This document shows, piece by piece, positions 1 through 8,680 of a stretch of DNA of 57,960 bases (positions within the stretch are counted from its first letter, which is position 1; each line of letters opens with the position of its first letter). The position numbers and the translations under genes were made by a program. Under the pieces are notes generated by a model. It did no database searches, was not told the origin of the DNA, and worked only from the letters and a program-made list of their open reading frames with translations. This stretch comes from a virus (lineage: Duplodnaviria; Caudoviricetes), in IMG/VR virus record IMGVR_UViG_3300031454_000004, positions 1-57,960 of that record; one strand, written 5' to 3'.

Positions 1-187
1 AACTATTACAACAAATCCGATAGCCACCCCTTTCTGCATGTAGAAGTGCAGAAGCTGTTACAAACCTGCAGTGAGTTTAAAAAGTCCGGTAAAAGTATTG
101 TTGGCATTTTAAATAAAAATGGCAGCAAAATTTACGTAGTATTCTTTATTAGAAGTAAATTCGCGGTTATAAAAACCTGTTACATTT

Positions 188-367
188 ATGCAAGCTGAAA
201 AGCATATAGCAAAGAAAAATTACCAGCCCAACTTTGTTCCCGGTGCTATAGAAGAAACAATGCAGGAACTCGGATTATCCCGCGAAGAAGCAATAAAATT
301 TATGACTGATACCAGTTACCAGTCAGATTATCCCCGTAAAATTAAAAGTAGAAAGAAACAGGTATAA
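188..367 (+). CDS. Small hypothetical protein (59 aa, MQAEKHIAKK...RKKQV)
   Basis: Read manually: ATG 188 to TAA 367, followed by a terminator. Confidence 0.5.
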   Translation: MQAEKHIAKKNYQPNFVPGAIEETMQELGLSREEAIKFMTDTSYQSDYPRKIKSRKKQV

Positions 368-405
368 GGGTTCCCACTTTCCTTAACGCCTAAAAAAATA
401 GTAGC

Positions 406-438
406 AAAAATGCCTGGTATAAACTGCCAGGCATTTTT
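406..438. terminator. Bidirectional intrinsic terminator
   Basis: AAAAATGCCTGG-loop-CCAGGCATTTTT. Confidence 0.75.
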
Positions 439-545
439 ATTATCCAACTAAAATAATTAGCAACAATCCTTATCTAACTGCAACTATAATAACCACTTAC
501 ATATATATTACCCATTTTCATGCTCCCAATAAAAAAGGGTAGTAT

Positions 546-1661
546 TTGAAAACAACTTCATTGCTTATCATGGGTGGCCTCGGTGCAGCTTACTACCTCG
601 CTACAAAAGGCATTAATACAACGCAGGCAATAAGAAATATCGAATTCAGCAACCCTAAAATTAAGATTGGCAAAGTTGGCTTTGGCAGCATAGAACTGCA
701 AATGACAATGGACTTTCTTAACAACAGCAGCCAAAATATTTCGATGGAATATTTTCAGGGCTATGTTAACTACCAGGGCAACACCCTTTCCTCTTTCACC
801 TTCGACGGCAAAGGCAAAAATATTGTGCTTAACGCACGGGCAACAACCAACGTGCCTTTTACAGTAGTGGTAAAAAATTATGCTGCACTGCAAACCATTG
901 CAAAAGTTATAAAGGCAATTAAGTACAAGCAAAGCATTAACACGGTTATAAATATTGACAGCCGCTTTTATGCCGCCGGTTTTGATGTGCCTGTAGTGTT
1001 CGACTGGGATTTAAGAACCAATAGCCTGGTAAGTACACCGGTGGCTAAAAGGGTTAGCGGAATCGGCAGTGTTAACACAATGGGCACTTTTTATTTTGGC
1101 AATGGTGAAGACATAAACTCTTTAGACGATCTGCGTAAAAAGTTTTATAAGCTAAGTAAAAAATATCACCCCGATGCCGGCGGATCAACATCAGAATTTC
1201 AACAGTTGCAGCAGGAATATGAAACCTTAAAATACAGGGTTTACACCAATAATAATTTTACTAAAGAAGAAGTTGATACTGAAGTAGAATTAGATAAAGT
1301 GCTAAATGCTATATACCATCAGATAATGAATATTCCTGGTATTGTAATAGAGGTTGCCGGAAAGTGGTTATGGATTGGTGGTAATACCTACCCTGTAAAA
1401 GATCAACTGAAAGCAGCAGGTTTAAAATTCGCTTCAACTAAAAAGATGTGGTATTTCGCTGGTACAGAGTACAGAGGCAAAGGTGAGACAATGGAAATGG
1501 ATAACATCCGTAAAAAATACGGAAGTCAGATATTAAAATCCAACGCACATTACCTGTCGGGCACCGGTGATAATCTTGTAATGCTGTTAGAAAGAATAAA
1601 ATTTTTGTTACACGTACGCAAGGGAACCCGCCGCAAAAAGTACAGCTTCAGTAAAAATTAA
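546..1661 (+). CDS. N-terminal TM + LEA_2/WHy-like beta domain fused to a J-domain (DnaJ-like) module
   Basis: TM LLIMGGLGAAYYL; beta-rich aa ~30-160; LRKKFYKLSKKYHPDAGGS J-domain with HPD; WLWIGGNT..KDQLK..G..WY and IRKKYGS as in mobile-element J proteins. Confidence 0.7.
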   Translation: MKTTSLLIMGGLGAAYYLATKGINTTQAIRNIEFSNPKIKIGKVGFGSIELQMTMDFLNNSSQNISMEYFQGYVNYQGNTLSSFTFDGKGKNIVLNARATTNVPFTVVVKNYAALQTIAKVIKAIKYKQSINTVINIDSRFYAAGFDVPVVFDWDLRTNSLVSTPVAKRVSGIGSVNTMGTFYFGNGEDINSLDDLRKKFYKLSKKYHPDAGGSTSEFQQLQQEYETLKYRVYTNNNFTKEEVDTEVELDKVLNAIYHQIMNIPGIVIEVAGKWLWIGGNTYPVKDQLKAAGLKFASTKKMWYFAGTEYRGKGETMEMDNIRKKYGSQILKSNAHYLSGTGDNLVMLLERIKFLLHVRKGTRRKKYSFSKN

Positions 1662-1670
1662 CCAACAGGT

Positions 1671-3569
1671 ATGAAGGCATTATCCATAAAAACGATCAAC
1701 GACCTAATACCCGATCCGGTTAATAAAAAAGTTCTTACAAATAGTGATGGCATTACCAGGGATATTGTACACGAAGTGCTGCAAAACTACAGCAACAGCC
1801 GCAACCAGCTTAAGCAGTTCGGCCCGTTGTTTCAGGGCAAAACCCTGTTGGAAACCTGCAGCAACATCTGGCACTTTTGGAAAGAGCACGTAAAGTACAA
1901 GATTGATCCCGAAGGCGTACAGTGGATTAAAACACCTTCGGCGTTTTGGAACGAAGGCCGCGACCCTTTCGGCGATTGTAAAAGTTTTGCTATAGCCTGT
2001 GCAGCCAGCCTGCATGCGCTCGACATAAAAGGAGCCTTCAGGTTTGTAAGCTTCGGCAGCAACCGCACTGCACCCACACACGTGTATGTGGTAGTAAAAA
2101 ACCTGGGACAAGAAATAATAATTGATTGTGTTTGGAAGCGCTTTAATGAGGAAGCTCCAAACATCTCAAAAAAATGGGATTACAACATGACATCAATTTA
2201 CCAAATCAGTGGCATAGATACCGACAATGGTCGCGGCATCCTTCAGGTTGACGAAAGCAACATTGGCGATCTTACCGATAATGAATTGGACTTGTTGGCA
2301 GATAAGCAACTGTTAGAAGTGGAGCAGCAACTTGCCGTTAAAAAAACCGGCATAGGCAGCACCCTGGATAATGCGTACGAATTAGAACTAATGGCCAACA
2401 ACAACGCACTTGCAGAAATTGGCCGTGCACGTGGAAGCCGCAATAAATTTCGCCCGTTACGCATAATTGCAAAAGGCCCCGCAGGTAACCCAAAAAAGAG
2501 AGTGCCCCAGGTGCGCCCCTCAGTATTGGTTGATGCACCTGAAGTTTACGAGGATGATGATAGTGTAGGAGACATTGGCAAAGTAAAAGCTAAAACACCT
2601 AACGCCCCTAAAGCAAAAAAGGCAGCTAAGGAGCAAAAGAATGTTCAGCAGGCAGTAAAACGTAACGAGGCTGGCAAAGGCATTAATAAAAAAGATGCAA
2701 AGCGTTTACAGCAACTAAACGTGGTGGTAAAAAAGAAAAAAGAAAACATTTTAAAAATAGTAGCCCTTGCACCCGCCCGGCTTGCAGTGGCTTTGCCAAA
2801 AGCACTTTTACAAGGTGTGCTAAAAGTGGAGTTGCCAAAAAATGCATCTTTCTTTTTATACCTCTTTTTAGACGATCCCAAAGACCTTGCACGTTCTGCA
2901 AAAATATTATCTCAAATACCCGAAATCGTACGGGTAAAAAGAGAGAAAGCATTATCAGCAAAAAAGATAATTGTTGATAAAATAAAAATGAAGCCCGACA
3001 CTTTTGATAAGATCGTAAGAGCGGGCATAATGAAGCGCTACGGCAAAAGCCCCGAAGAGCAATTAGCCCAATGGATGAAGGAAGGAAACTTTGTAATAGG
3101 CTTTGTTGAAGTGGCTGCACAAGGCATACAGATGCTTATAAAAAAGATAGGTGGCAGCATTAACGACAACCTCGAAAACTTTTCGCCCGACCCTGCAGAC
3201 TGGGGCATTGTTGCTCCAGAAGAAAAACAGGCAATGGCAACAGAGGTACGGCAATATCCATCCAACAACGATGTAAACACCGGCAGGGGAACCGTGCAAA
3301 ACAAAAGCGAAGATCAAATGATTGATGAGCCAACATCAGCATCACCCACCAACCCGGAAGGCACCACTTACAACGATTACGACCGCAGTGGCATTAACCA
3401 GGACGACCTGCCAACCGGCGACATGAATAAAACGAATGAAATGCTGCCTGTAGTGGTAACCGGCAAAAAGAAAGTAACCGCATCCACAGCAGCAACCAAC
3501 ACCGACAACACATGGCTATACTTAGGCCTGGGAGCGGTAGCGCTGATGGCAATGAGTAACAAAAAATAG
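1671..3569 (+). CDS. Transglutaminase-like cysteine protease domain protein with basic middle region and C-terminal TM anchor
   Basis: GDCKSF / THVYVV / IIIDCV Cys-His-Asp triad in the first ~170 aa; C-terminal WLYLGLGAVALMAMSNKK. Confidence 0.7.
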   Translation: MKALSIKTINDLIPDPVNKKVLTNSDGITRDIVHEVLQNYSNSRNQLKQFGPLFQGKTLLETCSNIWHFWKEHVKYKIDPEGVQWIKTPSAFWNEGRDPFGDCKSFAIACAASLHALDIKGAFRFVSFGSNRTAPTHVYVVVKNLGQEIIIDCVWKRFNEEAPNISKKWDYNMTSIYQISGIDTDNGRGILQVDESNIGDLTDNELDLLADKQLLEVEQQLAVKKTGIGSTLDNAYELELMANNNALAEIGRARGSRNKFRPLRIIAKGPAGNPKKRVPQVRPSVLVDAPEVYEDDDSVGDIGKVKAKTPNAPKAKKAAKEQKNVQQAVKRNEAGKGINKKDAKRLQQLNVVVKKKKENILKIVALAPARLAVALPKALLQGVLKVELPKNASFFLYLFLDDPKDLARSAKILSQIPEIVRVKREKALSAKKIIVDKIKMKPDTFDKIVRAGIMKRYGKSPEEQLAQWMKEGNFVIGFVEVAAQGIQMLIKKIGGSINDNLENFSPDPADWGIVAPEEKQAMATEVRQYPSNNDVNTGRGTVQNKSEDQMIDEPTSASPTNPEGTTYNDYDRSGINQDDLPTGDMNKTNEMLPVVVTGKKKVTASTAATNTDNTWLYLGLGAVALMAMSNKK

Positions 3570-3598
3570 TTTATTAACCCAAATTCTAAAAATAAAAC

Positions 3599-3994
3599 AT
3601 GGCAAAGTTAAAAATGCTCAAGCTGCCAAAAAAGCCCACTATTGGAAAGAAGCCTGCACAAACAGCATCCCTTTCCACCAAGCAGGCATGGATGCGCAGG
3701 CTGCATGACAAAAAACAAAAATACGAGGCTAAGCATCGAGCTATTGAGTCTGAAAACAAAAAACGCAGAGCAATAAACGAAGCAAGCCAGAAGGCATCCA
3801 CCGTTATCTCCGGTATAGGCGATATAATGGAAGTTCGCCCCGGTTCATTCAGTGTAAAATCTGTAAGAGGAAAACGAACCTCTTATGTACCCGGCGCGAA
3901 GCATCGTAAAAAGAAATCAGCCGTTGGCAGTGTAGGTCGCAAACGTAAACCGGCCACTAAGAAAAAAGCAGCCCCAAAACGTAAACGCAGATAA
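3599..3994 (+). CDS. Highly basic Lys/Arg-rich protein, putative DNA-condensing core protein
   Basis: K/R-rich throughout; ends RKRKPATKKKAAPKRKRR. Confidence 0.55.
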   Translation: MAKLKMLKLPKKPTIGKKPAQTASLSTKQAWMRRLHDKKQKYEAKHRAIESENKKRRAINEASQKASTVISGIGDIMEVRPGSFSVKSVRGKRTSYVPGAKHRKKKSAVGSVGRKRKPATKKKAAPKRKRR

Positions 3995-4055
3995 AACTTA
4001 TATCATCAACTAATCATTCATCATTCATAATTCATCATTCATAATTCTTAACACA

Positions 4056-4499
4056 ATGGCAAAAGGTAAAATAGATTTTAGAGCAGCCGCCACAAAAATG
4101 GCAGGTCATGCAGCCGGCGCCGCAGCTTACACCCAATTTAATAAGCTGGCGTTTATGACCAAGCAAACCAACCCTAAAGTAAAAGGGTTAATATCTGCTT
4201 TGGCCGGTTATATAGGGGTGCCCCTTATAGCAGAAAAACTTAAACTAAGCGGCAAAGGTGCAAAGGCCGATTTCATCAGCAACATTGGCGAAGGCATGGG
4301 CATGGTAGGTGTAATGCAAATGGCAAACTCATTCGTTCCGCCAACTGCAGGTAAACCCGCCCTGTTTCCGCAAATAAGCGGCTACGAAGAAAACCCGGTT
4401 AGCGGACTCGGTTTAATAACCGAAGAGGATAACATGGACGGCGTAAGCGGCTACGAAGAAAACCCGATTAGTGGATTAGCAGACAATCCCGTATCGTAA
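4056..4499 (+). CDS. Putative virion membrane protein with acidic repeated tail
   Basis: Gly/Ala-rich hydrophobic helices; SGYEENP(V/I)SGL occurs twice. Confidence 0.5.
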   Translation: MAKGKIDFRAAATKMAGHAAGAAAYTQFNKLAFMTKQTNPKVKGLISALAGYIGVPLIAEKLKLSGKGAKADFISNIGEGMGMVGVMQMANSFVPPTAGKPALFPQISGYEENPVSGLGLITEEDNMDGVSGYEENPISGLADNPVS

Positions 4500-4558
4500 T
4501 AAAAAAACAGAAAACCGAAAACATAAAAAACTCTTAACTCTCATAACATCAATAAAAA

Positions 4559-5320
4559 ATGAAAAAGTTTATATCACTTCTTTTAATCGCTGGCTTCTTC
4601 ATCAGTATGTCAGTAGCAGCATCCACAAAAAATACTAAAGCTTTTGAAGCAGGTATGAGCCTGGCAGCAATCGCCGGTGTAGGTATAACCAACCCACGCC
4701 AATTGTTTCAGTCTTTAAAAACTGAATTTGGAGATGGCAGGATTATAACACCGGCAGAACTTCGCGCCGAAGCACCGTTAATTAACGGTACATCCGATTA
4801 CCTGTTTTCTTTTTACAAAACAATAGGCGAAGGCGTACTTGAACGAAAGCTAAAATTTCAGGATGCGTTTCGGGCGTTTAAGCTGGGTATATTCCTAATG
4901 GCAGAACCTGGTGCAGTACCAGGCATTGCCACACTGCAAACATACCCTAACCCTGTAGTGTTTCCTGATGAGGCGGGCGCATTGCAAACTTCACACCTTG
5001 AGCATGTATATAACGGGCACCTTAGTTTAAAAGTTGGCGACACAACTTATATTGACGATTTGCCTGTAAGTGATTGCCGTGTAGTAAATACTGCACAAAA
5101 ATCTGCAGGTACTGCCAACAGTGAAAAACATTCAAACGATGGCTACATGGAGCTTATCGGGCACATCCACTTAAAGGGTAACGAAAATCAGGATTTAAGG
5201 TTAACTGTTCCTGCCCATGCTGCCCAACGTGTGCAAAGCGCCGCAGCCGGTGCGGGTGCATATATAGTTAAGGTGGTTTGTGTGTTACGTGGGTTTAAAA
5301 TTACCGGTGCAGGTAAGTAA
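4559..5320 (+). CDS. Candidate major capsid protein (jelly-roll-like) with hydrophobic N-terminal leader
   Basis: Beta-strand-rich ~210 aa body after a leader ending IAGVG; located after the core and membrane genes. The fold is inferred. Confidence 0.45.
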   Translation: MKKFISLLLIAGFFISMSVAASTKNTKAFEAGMSLAAIAGVGITNPRQLFQSLKTEFGDGRIITPAELRAEAPLINGTSDYLFSFYKTIGEGVLERKLKFQDAFRAFKLGIFLMAEPGAVPGIATLQTYPNPVVFPDEAGALQTSHLEHVYNGHLSLKVGDTTYIDDLPVSDCRVVNTAQKSAGTANSEKHSNDGYMELIGHIHLKGNENQDLRLTVPAHAAQRVQSAAAGAGAYIVKVVCVLRGFKITGAGK

Positions 5321-5409
5321 GCAAAGTATTTCCCTTTCTATAAAAACCAAAAAGCTGCTGCAATTAAGTGGCAGCTTTTTCTTTTCACTACAATTTAAAA
5401 TTTTTCACA

Positions 5410-5802
5410 GTGGCAGACATAAGACAAAAAATAGTAGAGGTTACTGTTAACAACAATGCTGTAAAACAATTTGCGTTAGGATCGTTGCCCGATATACGGG
5501 AGGCTAAAGCTATAAAACGTATTGAAGCATACAACGTAAGCCAGTTATCTGTATCGCCTACGGAGAAGGCCGTTATTAATATTGATGTCTTCAATAAATC
5601 GTACCTGAAGCTGGTTAACCCACAGGGAACAGAACTCCGCAACTTCCCGTTAAGCAGCATCAGCAAAACGATTAACGGAACCGACATACCCGATCTTAAC
5701 ATAGGCCCGATTGACCCGGAGAAATCCGTTATACAAGTTGGCAACACGGCGGGCCTGGTTGCAGGCGAAGTGTTCTTATTAGTGGTAACCTACGAGAAGT
5801 AA
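5410..5802 (+). CDS. Small beta-rich protein, candidate second/minor capsid protein
   Basis: ORF track 5368-5802; likely start is the GTG of (M)ADIRQKIVEV; directly follows the capsid candidate. Confidence 0.4.
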   Translation: MADIRQKIVEVTVNNNAVKQFALGSLPDIREAKAIKRIEAYNVSQLSVSPTEKAVINIDVFNKSYLKLVNPQGTELRNFPLSSISKTINGTDIPDLNIGPIDPEKSVIQVGNTAGLVAGEVFLLVVTYEK

Positions 5803-5824
5803 AATTTATGGCAGCAGCAGAGAC

Positions 5825-6448
5825 ATGGAACTAAAGGACACTGCCCTCGAAAATAAATATCCTATGGACGCTCAAACACCTGTAAACATTAGCGACAAAG
5901 TAGTAGACCCATCAGTATTAACTACACAGCAGTTATGGAGAGAAGTCGCAGTTTTAAAAGAGTTATTAAATAATAGGATTGAAGCTGTTGAAAAAGCAGT
6001 TAAGGTTTCACACGATGATTATGTAAGAGTTCCTACAGATGTTCAAAAATATGTTGGTGCTCTTGAAAGATTACACGAAGAAAAGTTTAACAGCGTAGAA
6101 AAGCAATTTAAGGAACGTGATACACGAGTTTATCAAACAGCAACAGATACTAAACTTGCTGTTGATGCAGCGTTGCAGGCAGCAGAAAAAGCAGTAGGTA
6201 AGTCAGAAGCTTCAACAGTAAAGCAGATAGATGCTCAAAGTCTTCTTATAAGCAACACAGCAAAATCATTGGATGGTAAAATAGATGACGTTAAAGATAG
6301 GCTTACACGAATAGAAGGGCAAGGTATGGGTAGGCAGGAACAAGGTAGGGCAAGTAAAGATGTTTGGGGATATGTGGCAGGAGGAATTGGGCTGTTAATA
6401 ACCATTATAACAGTATTAATGACTATTATGAGAAACTACAAAAGCTGA
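5825..6448 (+). CDS. Coiled-coil protein with C-terminal TM helix
   Basis: Heptad-rich body; C-terminal VWGYVAGGIGLLITIITVLM. Confidence 0.55.
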   Translation: MELKDTALENKYPMDAQTPVNISDKVVDPSVLTTQQLWREVAVLKELLNNRIEAVEKAVKVSHDDYVRVPTDVQKYVGALERLHEEKFNSVEKQFKERDTRVYQTATDTKLAVDAALQAAEKAVGKSEASTVKQIDAQSLLISNTAKSLDGKIDDVKDRLTRIEGQGMGRQEQGRASKDVWGYVAGGIGLLITIITVLMTIMRNYKS

Positions 6449-6469
6449 AAGAGATAAAAATTTTGAGTG

Positions 6470-6790
6470 ATGAATGAGAAAATAAAGTTTGGTTTCGGGC
6501 AGATATTTAAAACTACTCCCGATGCTGCAAAGTGGTGTTTCCGGGTTGTTCTTTATATCGCTTCGGGCTTAGTGCTTATAGTAAACACGATTACCGAAAT
6601 ACCCGAACCATTCAAGCTTGCTATAACAAAGTACAGCATGTATGCAGTAACGTTTGTGCATGGCTTTAGTAAAATGTTCGGTATTAGCTACGATGATCTG
6701 CAGGCTGCTGTAACCAATGTAAAACCTGTTGAAGGCGGTAAAATAGTATCAGTAAAAGTTGATGACGACAAATTAAAAAACGAACCATGA
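6470..6790 (+). CDS. Two-TM membrane protein, holin-like
   Basis: Two hydrophobic segments and a charged C-terminus. Confidence 0.45.
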   Translation: MNEKIKFGFGQIFKTTPDAAKWCFRVVLYIASGLVLIVNTITEIPEPFKLAITKYSMYAVTFVHGFSKMFGISYDDLQAAVTNVKPVEGGKIVSVKVDDDKLKNEP

Positions 6791-7014
6791 TAATGACTTT
6801 TGAAAACGTGGACAACCACATAAACGACATTATACCCGGCACGGCAGCCGATGCCCCCGCAAAAATAAAAGGTAAGAAGCTGAAAGAAATATGGCATACA
6901 GCAAAGCCTATTCTTATGCTGGTAATATCGCTGCCAATCATTCCACAAAAATGGAAGCTGGTATTAAACGCATTGCTTACCGGTGTTGAGGAATTGCTGC
7001 CACCGAAACAGTAA
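6787..7014 (+). CDS. Small hypothetical membrane-associated protein
   Basis: ATGA overlap with the upstream gene; central hydrophobic segment. Confidence 0.5.
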   Translation: MIMTFENVDNHINDIIPGTAADAPAKIKGKKLKEIWHTAKPILMLVISLPIIPQKWKLVLNALLTGVEELLPPKQ

Positions 7015-7029
7015 CACATTAAAAGCTTT

Positions 7030-7419
7030 ATGCAACTTATCGTTTTAATGCTTTTATCAACTGTTCTTAATGCACAGCCTGCATTTAGGCATGTTTACAG
7101 TCCTGACAGGCTTCGGATAATAAAGACAGATACCATAATAAAAGGCACTGTTAAATACGTGCGCAAAGAACGCGATGGCGATTGGCATATACTGCTAAAA
7201 AACAAAATAGTAGGTGAGTGCATTTGTCAGAATAAAAGCACCATACCAAAGGTTATAAAGGCATGTGAAGGTTATCAAAAAAAGTTTCAGCGTGTACATG
7301 CAGGCGATGTAGTAACAATGCAGGGAGTATATGTATGGGATGCTAAACACAGGTGGTACGAAGTGCACCCGGTAAATAAATTAGTAATTATAAAAAAAGC
7401 CAACATCAACAAAAAATGA
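7030..7419 (+). CDS. Signal-peptide protein with OB-fold-like domain
   Basis: MQLIVLMLLSTVLNAQ signal; DGDWHI, GDVVTMQG and WYEVHPV motifs. Confidence 0.45.
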   Translation: MQLIVLMLLSTVLNAQPAFRHVYSPDRLRIIKTDTIIKGTVKYVRKERDGDWHILLKNKIVGECICQNKSTIPKVIKACEGYQKKFQRVHAGDVVTMQGVYVWDAKHRWYEVHPVNKLVIIKKANINKK

Positions 7420-8201
7420 TTATAGGCAAACAAGATATAAAAGAGTACTTCCGCAAGCAGGGTAAAAAATTCTTTGCCATATACCGCAAAGGCACGGTTG
7501 AAACCGGTAACCCGATCTGTAAAAACGAAGACAAGGAAGAAACAGATCCGGAAACGGCACTTCGCGATTTTGAAGATTGGCTTACCCTGTTAAAAACAGG
7601 CGACTATACATTAATCGTAAACAACGTAGCCAAAGTAAGTGAGCGCGGCGGCAACCGTATTGACTTTAGAATTACGCTGGATGAAAGTATGAACAACGGT
7701 GCCAGGGATATTGTACAGCCCATTGCGGCCATTAGCGGACCTTCTTACTCTGTTGAAGAAATGCTTACCAAAGCAAAGGCAATGGCTGCAGATGAATTTG
7801 AGCGCCTGATGGCTAAGAAAGATGCTGAAGACATGAAGGCAAAAAACATTGAGCTTGAAAAAGAACTGAAAGAGGTTCGCGGTAAAATTGATGATCCTAT
7901 CAACAAATTTATTGGCGCGCTTGCCCCACATGCCGAACCAATTATTGCAGGCATATTAGGAACCTCTGCACCCATACGCCCACTCGCCGTTGCAGGTATA
8001 AGCAATGCAAAGCCCGACATGCACTTAGTAGAAAATTCAACCGATGAAGAAGTTGACCAACACGCCCAAAAAGTTTTTGAAGACTATGCATTAGCCCTGC
8101 AAACCGCAAGACCTAACGACTGGTTGGAGATACTTGTTAAGCTAACCACTATTGTAAAAGAGAACCCGAAAAAATTTGAAATGGCATTAACCTTTTTGTA
8201 A
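7416..8201 (+). CDS. Hypothetical protein with central coiled coil
   Basis: 261 aa ORF, translationally coupled on both sides. Confidence 0.6.
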   Translation: MIIGKQDIKEYFRKQGKKFFAIYRKGTVETGNPICKNEDKEETDPETALRDFEDWLTLLKTGDYTLIVNNVAKVSERGGNRIDFRITLDESMNNGARDIVQPIAAISGPSYSVEEMLTKAKAMAADEFERLMAKKDAEDMKAKNIELEKELKEVRGKIDDPINKFIGALAPHAEPIIAGILGTSAPIRPLAVAGISNAKPDMHLVENSTDEEVDQHAQKVFEDYALALQTARPNDWLEILVKLTTIVKENPKKFEMALTFL

Positions 8202-8680
8202 TGGCAAAAGACAATCACGATACATTAATTACTAACCTGGTGCTTATTGGCGCAGGTTATTTTTTAGTAAAACCGATGTTGGAAAAAGTGGGGCTGCTGA
8301 ATAGTGCAGCCGCTAAAGAAGACATAGCATTGGTGCAAAAAATTTCAGCAGACGATTGCTGGAATCCAAACTTTTATGCCAACTACAAAACCGGTATGCG
8401 AAAGCTTATTACCAGTGCCTCAGCTACCGCCTTTGCAAAACAAATACACGATGCCTGGGGCATAGTTAACGATAACGAGCAAAAGATTTATGCTGCTTTC
8501 CGCATGTTGAAAAATAAGCTGCAAGTAAGCCAGGTAGTTGAAAAATATTCGCAGCTCTACAAGCAAGACTTGCTTACAAGGTTACGTACACCCTGGTTCT
8601 ATGCTGCCGATGGACTCGATGAGAAAGAATTTTTAGAAGTAATAAAAATTGTAAACGCGCTTCCTGTAAATCTATACTAA
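8201..8680 (+). CDS. TM-anchored protein with annexin-like repeat
   Basis: AWGIVNDNEQKIYAAF...QVSQVVEKYSQLYKQDLLTRL resembles the annexin GxGTDE..I...Y...Y..DL pattern; N-terminal LVLIGAGYFLV. Confidence 0.5.
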   Translation: MAKDNHDTLITNLVLIGAGYFLVKPMLEKVGLLNSAAAKEDIALVQKISADDCWNPNFYANYKTGMRKLITSASATAFAKQIHDAWGIVNDNEQKIYAAFRMLKNKLQVSQVVEKYSQLYKQDLLTRLRTPWFYAADGLDEKEFLEVIKIVNALPVNLY

